Numbered from the whole stretch's first letter, positions 50,876-63,477 are shown. The stretch is 63,790 nt of DNA, filler included, from Octopus bimaculoides (GCF_001194135.2; 8 parts of 8 records of this genome joined end to end with filler, not necessarily neighbours in it); one strand, 5' to 3'. Numbers and translations are program-made. Notes: generated from the sequence alone by a model not told the origin.

Positions 50876-51528
50876 CTGTAGATGACAACAACAACAAATA
50901 TGGTACAACGATCTGGCAATAAATGACATCACTCATATAACGCTGATACTCGTTTCACTGATACAGTTTATCACCGGATGCCAAGACGAGGACACACACA
51001 CACACACACACATTTGCATGCATGTATACGTATATTCTTTTACAAGAAGACAGTAAATTTGAAGTTTCAGCCAGCTATGCCCTCATCCAAAACGTTGAAG
51101 CCACTGTCAACATTATTCTTGTGAAAGAATATGTACTCTACAAATAGTAAAGGGTAACACTCCACCCTCCAGTTAAGTATAAAGAAACACGATATAAAAA
51201 AAGCACACAACCATACACATATATAGACACACGCACACACGATGGTCGTCTTTCAGTTTTCATTTACCAAATTCACTTACNNNNNNNNNNTTTCAGTTTT
51301 CATTTACCAAATTCACTTACTTGGCTTTCATTGTCCCATGGCTATAGTACAAGGCATTTGCCCAAAGTTTCACTGAATCTGAAACCATGTGGTTGAGAAT
51401 AAAGATTTTTAACCACACAGGCACAGCTTGAGCCCAAATGTAATGGCCCAAGGAGAGCAGTGAAAGACTGGTTTCCATCCTTTGGATTTGACAAAACGTC
51501 TACCTAAACAAATGAAATAAGAACTTAC

Positions 51529-51752
51529 TTCTGAAGAATTACGATGGGATTTGGATGTTTGTTTCTTATTCGAGGGAGACTTCTTTCTTTCAGAATCATT
51601 CAGGGAGCTGTCTCGACACTGAATTGGACTGGACGAACGAATGTGGCTGTCGTGAGGGGGTGAGTCAAAGGCTGGAATACCTGTAGAAACATTCATGTTG
51701 GCAGAGCAGAACGATTCTGTACTGGAAGCATCATCAATTAAAGGAAATGGGC
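51529..51752 (-). CDS. RANBP2: RanBP2/Nup358-like exon (Ser-rich linker)
   Basis: Acceptor TTATTTCAG and donor GTAAGT, 224 nt, phase 1-0. It is open (PFPLIDDASS..SHRNSSE) and in phase with both neighbours. Confidence 0.75.
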
Positions 51753-52028
51753 CTGAAATAACAAAGAATTTAGTAAATTAACTTTCTCTTTATTAAATTG
51801 ATGTTTGGAATATAATTTAGTATGATTCTAGCTGGAAGGATAACTTTAAAGCAAAAGAGTTGAAAGAGTATGGGGGCATTAGAATGGAGACCAAGACATC
51901 AAGGGTAGCTGTGGGGGGTGAATAAAAGGGATGATCACAGATGGAATGCATTTTATGATAAGCATGTTCAACCAAGGAAGACATAGAATTAAACAATACA
52001 GGTACATGAGAAAAAAAGATATATTTAC

Positions 52029-52101
52029 CATTGTTGATAGCAAGGCGAGTCAGAAGAAATTCAATGTCATCTATTTCCTCGTAAATTACCAGATTTAATT
52101 G
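52029..52101 (-). CDS. RANBP2: RanBP2/Nup358-like exon
   Basis: Acceptor TTCCCTGCAG and donor GTAAAT, 73 nt, phase 0-1. It encodes QLNLVIYEEIDDIEFLLTRLAINN and is too short for the supplied ORF track. Confidence 0.75.
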
Positions 52102-52233
52102 CTGCAGGGAAGATTTGAAAATATATAAGTTAGAAAATTAGCCTTAAAAAATAATTAAAATTAAATTCAAATTACGACAAACGTAAATAAACAAACAAAG
52201 TTTGTTTTTAGAAGCATTGAGATGTCTTTAGAA

Positions 52234-52365
52234 AGTCAAAGAAGTGATTTTAAATTCTCAATCGCCACCTACACTTTTCTCTGCAAAATAGGGGTAGTTT
52301 ATCCTGTTCAGGCTATATTATTAGCATTATTCTGCGCTTGAGAATTTAAAATCACTTCTTTGACT
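52234..52365. repeat. 32-bp inverted repeat in RANBP2 intron
   Basis: 52234-52265 and 52334-52365 are reverse complements with 1 mismatch and a 68-nt spacer. Confidence 0.9.
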
Positions 52366-52859
52366 AATTAAAATTAAATGGAAAATTAAAAAATTTTTTT
52401 AAATGATTAAAATTAATCAATTAGAAAATTTAAAAAATAAAACAATTTGTGTAAAACATATACACATTGCTATTTTAACATGTTAACCACCACGGCCTGT
52501 TACTGAAATTTACCAGTGCTGCCATCTAGAGCTGTCACACTGCATATTCTTTAATTATAAAGAAATGTAACACATTTATAGCACTTATGTTATTTAACCC
52601 CTTTAGTGTTCAGATTTCTCTTTTAACCCTCTTGGGACATCCAGGCTGATTGATCGGCCCAAGTGATACAAACTGAAAGGACTTGGAGGCTGATCCATCA
52701 GCTTGATAGGTCCAAGGATTACTGAACTGTAAAGTTACAGGGACTTCAGCAAACCAATTCCGGTTGACAAGGCGGTGGTAGGGGACAAACACCTATGGAT
52801 AGATAGCAGATCGATAGAAACGAGAGCAGCAGAGAAAAATAGTAGGAACTACAACATAA

Positions 52860-53015
52860 TAGATAATAGAATAGGAAGGAACAGGCAATTAGTTCTCTGT
52901 AATTGTACTACAAATAAAATATGCCCCTTAAATTCTAGATGTTTAATGAAAAACTTAGTATATTGATGAAAGATCATTTCTGAAGGAAGGATGTACTTCT
53001 ATATAATGGCCAGCT
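52860..53015 (+). mobile_element. Penelope-like Cys-linker/GIY-YIG relic
   Basis: Translates to LCNCTTNKICPLNSRCLMKNLVY, the same motif as at 13729. Confidence 0.6.
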
Positions 53016-53243
53016 TGCTAAATTTAAAAAAAAAACACGGTAGGCTTCTTTCTTTGCCCATGGTGCCATGCAGTGGGACAGAATGTAGAACCATGTGGCT
53101 ATGAAGCAAACTGCTTAACCACACCGATGTTGATAAAAATAAAACACTTTAAAATTATGCTCCAGCTTTGCTGTAAACAGACAAAACAAAAAAGATACAA
53201 TAAAACATGTTAACAAGTGTCGACAATGGAAAAGGGGACTCAC

Positions 53244-53396
53244 GTGGGATTTGTTGCCTTTTAATCGATCCAGAGTGATGTATAGGGCTTCTTTGGCCTT
53301 TGTCAGTAAGGCAATGTAGCGGCTTTGATGGTTATCCTGCGACACATCGTCTTGCTTCGTGGTGTTTTGTTCGTTCAATGCCAACTTGCGGTAAAC
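53244..53396 (-). CDS. RANBP2: RanBP2/Nup358-like exon (N-terminal alpha-helical domain)
   Basis: Acceptor CTCTGTACAG and donor GTGAGT, 153 nt, phase 0-0. It encodes VYRKLALNEQ..YIALLTKAKEALYITLDRLKGNKSH. Confidence 0.85.
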
Positions 53397-53448
53397 CTGT
53401 ACAGAGGGAGAGAGCGAGAGTGAAAGAAAGGGCAGAGAGAGTGAAGGA

Positions 53449-53486
<38 letters not shown>

Positions 53487-53816
53487 AAAGGGAAAGAAAG
53501 TTAAAAGGGGTGAAAATATCAATTAATACACTTGGTCCTTCTAGTGTTAATCCTGCATTATCTTGTAGCTGTGGAATTTTGCTAGAAATAGCAGCCAAAT
53601 CTCCCTAAAATCAAACCTGTCGTCTTAACCCTTTAGCATTGTTATCGTTATCAAATGTAACGCTTATTTATTCCTTGTTTTGAGTTAATCGTACATTATC
53701 TTGTAGCTTCAAGATTTCGATAACAGGATTATTTTTAGAATGACATTGTAGGGTAGGTATGAGTGGTTGGAGCTGGTCAGTTTGAACATAAAACAGGTAG
53801 AATATTTGGGCCAGAC

Positions 53817-54112
53817 ATCATCATCATCATCATCATTTAACATCCGCTTTCCATGCTAGCATGGGTTGGACGATTTGACTGAGGACTGGTGAAACCGGAT
53901 GGCTACACCAGGCTCCAATCTAATTTGGCAGAGTTTCTACAGCTGGATGCCCTTCCTAACGCCAACCACTCCGAGAGTGTAGTGGGTGCTTTTACGTGTC
54001 ACCCTCACGAAGGCCAGTCAGGCGGTACTGGCAACGGCCACGCTCAAAATGGTGTATTTTACGTGCCACCCGCACAAGAGCCAGTCCAGGGGCACTGGCA
54101 ACGATCTCGCTA
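53817..54112 (-). mobile_element. RTE 3'-UTR fragment with (GAT)n tail in RANBP2 intron
   Basis: Reverse complement of the tail family at 32347, near-identical to 54645-54780. Confidence 0.8.
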
Positions 54113-54250
54113 AAGGGTTAAACTAAGAAAGCTATTGAAACAAAAGTTGGAATGGTCATAGTTGGAATACTTTAGATCCAATGTTTGCCTGGCCAAGTTT
54201 GACCCGTGGCTAAACAAGCAGTGCCGCCACCACTATCAGAACCAACATAC

Positions 54251-54452
54251 CTGTGCTGTATGGTAAGATGCCCAAGGGTTTGACAAGGACTCAAAGCGCT
54301 TGATAGCTTCCTCGTGGTCACCCTTGGACATGAAGCTGAGGGCTAAGTGGTATTCGCAGTCACCAATCAGGTCCTTGATACGGTCAGCATCCAGCTCATT
54401 GTCAGAGTCATCAGGAAATAGTCGAACTTTTGGCATTTTGAGGACCAAATTC
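54251..54452 (-). CDS. RANBP2: RanBP2/Nup358-like exon (N-terminal alpha-helical domain)
   Basis: Acceptor TGTTTAACAG and donor GTATGT, 202 nt, phase 2-0. It encodes NLVLKMPKVRLFPDD..CEYHLALSFMSKGDHEEAIKRFESLSNPWASYHTAQ, which resembles the recalled RanBP2 segment EDAVTAFESIKSVVSYWNLALIFHRKA. Not confirmed by BLAST. Confidence 0.85.
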
Positions 54453-54644
54453 CTGTTAAACAGAAATGGAAATAAAAATAACTTAATAAGCAATGAATAA
54501 CATGATTAAAATACAAAGATTATGTTTTAGATTTGTCAAAGGCACTGAGAAATTTGAAAACAAGTCTTAATCCTTTAGCATTCAGATTACAGTCAAATGT
54601 TTGAATTATTCATGCATTACCATGTATAGTCGTCCTCAAAATTA

Positions 54645-54780
54645 TTCATCATCGTTTAACGTCCGCTTTCCATGCTAGCATGGGTTGGACGACTTGACTG
54701 AGGACTGGTGCAACCGGATGGCAACACCAGGCTCCAATCTAAATTTGGCAGAGTTTCTACAGCTGGATTCGCTTCCTACC
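54645..54780 (-). mobile_element. RTE 3'-UTR fragment
   Basis: Direct near-copy of 53817-53960. Confidence 0.8.
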
Positions 54781-54784
54781 CTTG

Positions 54785-55210
54785 TTAATTTTTTGTGATG
54801 AAATGAATGCATTTTGTCAAGTTTGTTCACGAGTTATACGTGACCGACAAATGAAAGAATAACAACAATACACTATTCAAGAAATTCTTCATTTCAAGAG
54901 AATTTTATTCATGGATTTTCAAAAATGCCATGTTTAAAATTATTCATACCCAATATCTTTAATAATCAATAGCATAGCCTTTGTTTTTTATGACTGCTTC
55001 TAGACAATTCTTGCACATGTCCACAAGCTTCCTGAATGTCTCCTGTGGGATGAGGCATTGTAACGCTACCCTTCACTGTGGACATGCACAAGACGTAGGT
55101 CCTCAATGAGCTCCTCCTTGGTCACGATGATCAGAAACTGAGAATGACCAGAAAAACTTTTCCTCTATTCATAGCTGACCCAGCTCTCGAGGCTTTCGCC
55201 AAGGAAGAGT
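54785..55210 (-). mobile_element. Tc1-like transposase C-terminal relic
   Basis: The minus strand gives PQETFRKLVDMCKNCLEAVIKNKGYAIDY*, a typical Tc1 C-terminus. Confidence 0.65.
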
Positions 55211-56479
55211 NNNNNNNNNNNNNNNNNNNNNNNNNNNNNNNNNNNNNNNNNNNNTTAATTAATTAANNNNNNNNNNNNNNNNNNNNNNNNNNNNNNNNNN
55301 NNNNNNNNNNTATATATATATATATATATAGGGCTTGGTAAGCATGGCGCTATAGTATAAAACACATCCCCAAGGTACCACGCAGTGGGATTTAACCTAC
55401 AACCTATCTATCTATCTATCTATCTATCTACCTCACAACGTATAGACTGACGAAGTGCCGCTAAGTATTTTTTGCCCGGCATGCGAATGATTCTGCTAGC
55501 TCACCGCCTGTAAGTAAATCAAAATATTAAGTTTAAATAACATATACTCAATTTAATTCTGTACTAGGCACTGTACTAATACAGGGATCTTTTCTCTTTG
55601 CTGGAAGGACCCATGAACAACTTCACATGTTTTGAAAAGTTATTGCCTACCGGCATTAGTATCGACTCGTGTTTTTCACGGAGTGTGAGTAAGCAGGTTA
55701 GAGCTTACTTACGAAAAATGCAGCGAATGAAAGGCGATGATTAGGCTATCTTTCATCCTCTGTCATATACTTGTAAGAATCATTGGACTGCAGCCACACT
55801 GGAACAAATCGGCCACAAACATATTTTTTTTAAAAGCCTTGTTCCTGATCTTTCAACCTACGTCTGTGTTATGGGACGCATACAAACAAACACCTGTAGT
55901 CAAGTTATGGTAGAGAGAAAGACAAAGGCATTAAAACTCACACACTCACATGAAGGCACGGATACACAAACATAAATACAACCGGCTTCCACTTAGTTTT
56001 CGTCGATGAAATTCACTCACAAAATTATGGTCGGCCCGCGACTCTTGCAGACGACTTGTTTAAGGGTGCCTTTGAAAGGTACTGAACCCGATATCTCATG
56101 GCTGCAAGCAGGTATCTTACATACAAAGTTATGGCATGGAGAAAATGTAAATGTAAATAAGTTTCCATACATACGTTTAATAAGTAAAAATTCAATTTTG
56201 CTTTGCTAAAACAATGCTGCTCCATCTGTTGGATGAGCCCGAGAACAACTAGTTATGATTAGTATGTAATCGGCAATCCTACTCAGTATCACACAGAAGA
56301 AAGGATATATGTATTTATGCATGCGCATACAACTATGCATGTATGTATACTTGCATGTAGGCATGTTTCTATGAATTTATATACCAATCTATCAATATAT
56401 CTATCTGATGGTAGTCCCACGTAGTCCGAGATAAACGGTTCTGCAATTTCTTGCAACACTAATGATTTGTTTATAGAAA

Positions 56480-56690
56480 TCAAATGTATGTACTGTTCAT
56501 TAGCTCAGTCCCTCCATCAAATCAACGTTACCTGAACAGGTGCGTGGTGTATCTCACGTCAAGTGTCAACGTGATTGCAAAGCAACGTGAAACGAAATGT
56601 TCAACTCAAGAACACAATGCACCACCTGGTCCAGGAAGTGAAACCAGAATCTCACGATCACGAATGCAGCACCGTTATTGGATTAGTTTC
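56480..56690 (-). mobile_element. SINE family E, degraded
   Basis: Contains AAAGCAACGTGAAACGAAATGTTCAACTCAAGAACACAA, collinear with 48715-48945. Confidence 0.6.
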
Positions 56691-57082
56691 TTCAGGTAGG
56701 TTTTTCACTTATGTTGTTCGGGACATGACATAAGCTGAGAAGTAAGGTGCAACCTTTGAACGTCGTTCGTCGATTTGAAGGCATTTTCATGTGTGTACGC
56801 TTAAATACACAAATGCAAGCATTTTTACCTCACGAACATTCATTCACACACACATATATATACTTATGTATGGCCATGATGAAATACCACAAGGTATTGA
56901 AAATACGTATTCGCCTTTATATATTTAATCCTTTATATTGAACATTCAATATTTCATATATTCAATAAGACATATTTCATATATTCAATAAGACATTCAC
57001 TACTTCATTTCATTGTAGCATCCATTTTTATATTATATATTATATATTCCATATTCTATATCCCACATGTGTGTGTGTGTGT

Positions 57083-57116
<34 letters not shown>

Positions 57117-57274
57117 CTGTGTGTGTGTGTGTGTGAATGTATATATATATAGAGATATGTAAAAATGCACATATATATATATACATTTATATGTATATAT
57201 ATATATATATATGTATATGAATGTATATATTGATATATGTGTATTTACAGACATACAAACGCACACACACACAC

Positions 57275-57323
57275 GTCTCCGATGAAGGGAAGTACTGGAT
57301 CTTCCCAGAAACAGCTGTAAGAC
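57275..57323 (+). ncRNA. Type-I hammerhead ribozyme-like motif, CCGAUGA core variant
   Basis: GUCU-CCGAUGA-A-GGGAAG-UACUGGAU-CUUCCC-A-GAAA-CAGCUG-UA|AGAC. Stem I has 4 bp, stem II has 6 bp plus an A-A closing mismatch, and stem III is the palindrome ACAGCUGU. Confidence 0.7.
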
Positions 57324-57397
57324 TCTATCCATAAAATTCTTCTACCTTACCTTTGCTCTCTTTATCTTTTTGTTTTTATATATTTACACACACACAC

Positions 57398-57428
<31 letters not shown>

Positions 57429-57785
57429 NNNNNNNNNNNNNNNNNNNNNNNNNNNNNNNNNNNNNNNNNNNNTTAATTAATTAANNNNNNNNNNNNNNNN
57501 NNNNNNNNNNNNNNNNNNNNNNNNNNNNCATATATTCAATAAGACATTCAATACTTTATTTCATAGTACCATCCATTTTTATTTTATATTATATATTGTA
57601 TATTATATTATATATTGTATATTCCATATTCTATATCCCACATTGGTTTTGCAGGAATATAAATAAAACATAAAAAACAGACAGTGTTGGAACTCTTTTA
57701 AACAAAATAATATATTCCTCTATACACAATCATACAAAACCCCTTTTTTGTATTTATTTTTACTCGCATATATATATATATATAT

Positions 57786-57962
57786 AGTGTGTGTGCGTGT
57801 GTCCCACTATCGCTTGGCAACCGATGTTAGTGTGTTTGCGTCCCCGTAACTTAGCGGTCCGGCATAAGAGGCCGATATAATAAGTCCTGGAGTCGATTTG
57901 TTCGGCTAAAGGCGGTGCTCCAGCATGGCCGCAGTCAAATCCCTGAAACAAGCAAAAGAATA
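57786..57962 (+). mobile_element. SINE family A 3' half
   Basis: Tail GGCGGTGCTCCAGCATGGCCGCAGTCAAAT..GAAACAAGCAAAAGA. Confidence 0.8.
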
Positions 57963-57973
57963 AAAGAATATTT

Positions 57974-58126
<153 letters not shown>

Positions 58127-58449
58127 AATGTATGTAAGCAGGTATGTGAATACCAACACATTTCTGTGTAGTCTTGAGTGAGCTTAAACTTACGTTTGAA
58201 AGCCTATAAATACTCAGATATCCAGATGCAGAAATACACAGGGTAGCTGGGTCTACGTGTATGAACGAGCGAATGTACTGAAGTGCGAAGGGAAGGTGCT
58301 TTATGTAAGATGGGAGACGTCAAACTGAATTACAAGGATTTTCTAAGAGTTCACACCATAACGTGAAGTGTTTGAAGCTAACAACATTGAATCAATGTAT
58401 TACTATGACTTCCTGTACATACACACCACACGCACACATACCCTCTACA

Positions 58450-58490
<41 letters not shown>

Positions 58491-58639
58491 GTATTCATAT
58501 GCACGCACATATATTTATACGTATGCACATATATATGAATTCGACCCCCACCACTTCAAAAGTGTGTGTGTGTATGTGTATGGTGAAACAAAGAGGGACA
58601 TAGAGACAGACACAGAGAGAAAGAGTGAGAGAGACGGTC

Positions 58640-58671
<32 letters not shown>

Positions 58672-58879
58672 GAGAGTGGGAGAGAGCGAGAGAAAGAGAG
58701 AGAGGAGAGTGGGAGAGAGCGAGAGAAAGAGAGAGAGAGATTCAAACCGAGTGTGCCATTGCAGTGTGGCTGGTGGATAGATCTGTAGACGGAAACACAC
58801 TTCACAACGAGGTTGAATACGTTTAGAAAACACAGTCATGTGACTGCCTTCACGCACACACACACACACACACACATGT

Positions 58880-59060
58880 GTGAGTCTATGCGTAGCGCAG
58901 TTACGTGGCCTAGTGGTTAGGACGTTCGGCTCGTGATCATAATGCCGTGAGTTCAATTCCTTGCCCGTTTGGCACATTTTATCCTTGAGTAACGCATTTC
59001 ATTTCCCCTTGCTCCAGTTTATTCAGCAGTGAAGATTCAAGAGCTGAACCTTGTGGTGAA
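58880..59060 (+). mobile_element. SINE family E
   Basis: Head TGGCCTAGTGGTTAGG..GAGTTCAATTCC has A and B boxes, followed by the TTGCTCCAGT block. Confidence 0.65.
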
Positions 59061-60182
59061 AAAAATCCCTTTACTCTAATTGACGACCTCGAACACCCAG
59101 TTCCTTACAACTCCACTCTTGCTCGACAATACACTTGATAATATAACGGTGTTATACGCCTATAATTGCATTATAACAATTGTCCTTCCTCTGGAAATAT
59201 ATTCATCCCCATACGTCACAAATTCAACATTCACCTGAAGCCTGCACTCCACATGCACTCACACACAATGACCACGTAATTAAAATATAAACTGCACTCA
59301 CCGTTTGTATACACATCTATCTAGCTTGTATAATAATAAATGTGTTAAAACAACTCCCTTGCAATTAGAAGCACGTATATCTCCTTCTAATAGTAAATTA
59401 AATTTTTTGATAACATACCTTCTTGCGATAATTTGAATAAGTGACAGCTCTACTGGTTTTGTGATTTTTTTTTTATAACATTAACCCTCTTCCATAATAT
59501 TATTTAACAACGTTTTAAACCACGAATATTATTAACTCTTACTAAATTTATTTATTTTTAAAGTTTATCGCATTAAATTCATATATCCTCACTTCTGAAA
59601 GCACGGTACCTTTAATAACTACTTCTATTAAATGATTCAACTTTTATTTTCGTATAAATATTAATTCTTTTTGTCCTCTTTTTTGTATTAACTCATTGAC
59701 TGCATAATTAGATTTTATGGACATTCTTGTAATGATGTTAATTATATACCGAAAAATACAATGAATATTTTCTGCTTCTGCAATATAAAACAGCTTTATA
59801 AGCACTTTATCAAAATTTGACACACGAATTTTTTTCGTTTAATTATTCAGAGAGTGAATAATAATTAATTAAAAGAAGAAAAGTGAAGTAAAGTCGATGT
59901 TACGAACGTTTCTGTGAATGAACGTTATTTACCCCATACTACATACAAAGTTACGCAATATATGCAACATATACAATAACGTTATTGTTGATTCTCAGTC
60001 ATCCTGAATATATCTAGGTACAGGCACGGCTGTGTGGATTTTTAGACCTCTGTAACTTTAACCACAATATCATACCTTCATAGCGATAAGAGTGAAAGAC
60101 TACATTATTATAGCCGATTTTCAGATTTTTTTACTTCCTTTTAAAAAAATGCAGATTTTGTGAATCAGTTTAACTAGATCCA

Positions 60183-60221
<39 letters not shown>

Positions 60222-60343
60222 NNNNNNNNNNNNNNNNNNNNNNNNNNNNNNNNNNNNNNNNNNNNNNNNNNNNNNNNNNNNNNNNNNNNNNNNNNNNNNN
60301 NNNNNNNNNNNNNNNNNNNNNNNNNNNNNNNNNNNNNNNNNNN

Positions 60344-60418
<75 letters not shown>

Positions 60419-60782
60419 TAAAGAGAGCGAGAGAAAGAGAGAGAGAACCAAAAATAATTGCAGTTGGGTTGGAAGACAGACAGATTGATAGATAGACAAT
60501 CATTTTACTGTCTATAACATTTCAGGAAATGAATTCTGGTTTTGCCAAAACCTCTTTCTTTCCAACCTTGTACACAACCATTTCGAAAAGCTATAACCTC
60601 ATGTGATTTTGGTTCCACACACCTTGTGTCTTGCCTGCTATTTATCTAAACTGTATTTCAAAATTCGCATCGTCATCTTTGGCGTTTCTTCAAATCTAGT
60701 TCCTATACACATTCACAAGTAGCGTACATATACACACACCCACAAATATATGCACGCATATACACAAACATACACACACACA

Positions 60783-60838
60783 CACATACACGTACACACA
60801 TACACGTACACACATACACGTACACACATACACGTACA
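60783..60838. repeat. 4 x 14-bp minisatellite CACATACACGTACA
   Basis: Four exact tandem units. Confidence 0.9.
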
Positions 60839-61826
60839 CACATACACATACACCCAGATTTACATGCACGGGCACACATATACGCACATGCATATTCACA
60901 TACACAGACGCACATTTACAGAGATACGCACACACACGTGAAGACACAACACAACACACACATGCATATTTATATATACACGCACATAAGTATAAGGGGA
61001 ATTAAAAAAATATTATTTTATAAAAAAAGTTATAAAATCTTTTATCAGGATGTTGCAAACCTTTTTTGGAAGAAGTCTTTTTTCCTAGTGTGTGTGAGCG
61101 CTTTCGATTAACCTTTTCAAACACACGTGCTCTTGGTTAATATATGAAAGAGGAAGTNNNNNNNNNNNNNNNNNNNNNNNNNNNNNNNNNNNNNNNNNNN
61201 NNNNNNNNNNNNNNNNNNNNNNNNNNNNNNNNNNNNNNNNNNNNNNNNNNNNNNNNNNNNNNNNNNNNNNNNNNNNNNNNNNNNNNNNNNNNNNNNNNNN
61301 NNNNNNNNNNNNNNNNNNNNNNNNNNNNNNNNNNNNNNNNNNNNNNNNNNNNNNNNNNNNNNNNNNNNNNNNNNNNNNNNNNNNNNNNNNNNNNNNNNNN
61401 NNNNNNNNNNNNNNNNNNNNNNNNNNNNNNNNNNNNNNNNNNNNNNNNNNNNNNNNNNNNNNNNNNNNNNNNNNNNNNNNNNNNNNNNNNNNNNNNNNNN
61501 NNNNNNNNNNNNNNNNNNNNNNNNNNNNNNNNNNNNNNNNNNNNNNNNNNNNNNNNNNNNNNNNNNNNNNNNNNNNNNNNNNNNNNNNNNNNNNNNNNNN
61601 NNNNNNNNNNNNNNNNNNNNNNNNNNNNNNNNNNNNNNNNNNNNNNNNNNNNNNNNNNNNNNNNNNNNNNNNNNNNNNNNNNNNNNNNNNNNNNNNNNNN
61701 NNNNNNNNNNNNNNNNNNNNNNNNNNNNNNNNNNNNNNNNNNNNNNNNNNNNNNNNNNNNNNNNNNNNNNNNNNNNNNNNNNNNNNNNNNNNNNNNNNNN
61801 NNNNNNNNNNNNNNNNNNNNNNNNNN

Positions 61827-61947
61827 CTTTAGAAGCCTAGTACTTATTCTATCGATCTCTTTTGCCGAACCGCTAAGTTACGGGGACATAAACACACCAG
61901 CATCGGTTGTCAAGCGATGTTGGAGGGACAAACACACACATACAAAC

Positions 61948-61978
<31 letters not shown>

Positions 61979-62150
61979 CATATATACGACGGGCTTCTTT
62001 CAGTTTCCGTCTACTAAATCCACTCACAAGGCTTTGGTCGGCCCGAGGCTATAGTAGAAGACACTTGCTCAAGATGCCGCGCAGTGGGACTGAACCCGGG
62101 ACCATGTGGTTGGTAAGCAAGCTACTTACCACGCAGCCACTCCTACGCCT
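61827..62150 (-). mobile_element. SINE family A (tail in gap)
   Basis: High identity to 47896-48305. Confidence 0.9.
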
Positions 62151-62241
62151 TTAGTAACTTTCTAAAAATATATAACTGATCCGAATACTCCTTCAGTCAC
62201 AGATATACACACACACACACACACATATATAATAAAAATGA

Positions 62242-62396
62242 AACCAAATGTTGGTATTTTGATATTTTGAATGCATTTGATATACGTGCTTCGAATAATA
62301 ATGTAAGAAAACAATTATTATGTAAGAACTTTCTTACATAATTACTCGAAACATGCATTAAATACATTTAAAATATCAAAATATGAACATTTGGTT
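62242..62396. repeat. Imperfect AT-rich inverted repeat (about 68-bp arms)
   Basis: 62242-62310 versus the reverse complement of 62330-62396. Differences are mostly transitions. Confidence 0.8.
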
Positions 62397-63249
62397 GTGT
62401 CCATATTATATATCAAATAACACTCTTCCATAACAATCGAGCTTACCCTCGCTTCAACGACTCGAAATATAACAATGATTACGGAGTGAAATGTTTTACT
62501 GAACCCGAATAAAACAATTCTGTTAAAGTATATCACATCAACGCATACCCCCATACGTCCATCCATCCATCCATACATACATACATACAAGGAAAAAGGA
62601 ATCAACCAACTGATTCGCTCATTACAAATACAATCTGTAAGCGGAACAGTAAAAGTATGCAAGACTTTTCTTAGGTTTAAAATGTGACATTGCTTTCGTT
62701 TTCTACATTCCAAAGATGGAGCTTTGTATCTTTATCAGAAGTCAGCTCGTTCTTCAGAGGAAGAATTTTAATGACTGAAAGCAGAAGATACATACATACA
62801 TACATACATACATACGTACGTACGTATGTATGTATGTATGTATGTATGTAGGTATGTAGGTATGTACGTATGCCATTATTCAGTTTATTTCAAGATTTCT
62901 TACGAATAGGTTTCTATCCTAGATCCAAAACTCCTTCATTCAAATTTCAACATCAACAACAGAGTATTTTTGTTTGTCTTCTTTTATTCTTTTACTTGTT
63001 TCAGTAATTTGACTGCGGCCATGCTGGATCACCGCCTTTACTCGAGCAAATCGTTCCCTTTTGATTGTTGTTGGATCATTGCGACTAGATTAATTTAATT
63101 TAATTTATTTCAATTATTTTCCCCTTTAATTTTGAATGACTAAATCGTCTTTTTAAAACGATTGAAACTGATAGCATATTCTGATAAAAATATAAATACT
63201 TTGTTTTGTTCATGATAACTTTCTCAAAGGCCTTTTCTTCTTATTTTTA

Positions 63250-63292
<43 letters not shown>

Positions 63293-63477
63293 TATATACA
63301 CACACAGACATACATACGTATGTATGTATGTATACATGCATGCATGCATGTATGTATGTATGTATGTATGTATGTATCTATCTATCTATCTATCTTAGAT
63401 CGCTAACCACTACACACATTTGTTTTTCTTCCCCTGTTTCTTTCTGTGTTCCTTTCTGTGCAAGAGCATAGGCTCGA

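Noticed and set aside
51251-51320. 30-bp exact direct repeat around 10 Ns
   Set aside because: Typical unmerged contig overlap.
25350-57484. Seven exact TTAATTAATTAA motifs (25350, 32884, 37911, 44638, 49737, 55255, 57473)
   Set aside because: Each sits in the middle of an N run and encodes stops in all six frames, so it is an assembly linker rather than biology.
58204-58212. TATAAAT box in unique sequence
   Set aside because: An isolated motif in AT-rich DNA with no accompanying elements or exon.
62685-62760. Minus-strand CUGAAGA...GAAA
   Set aside because: No stem II closing at GAAA and no stem I.
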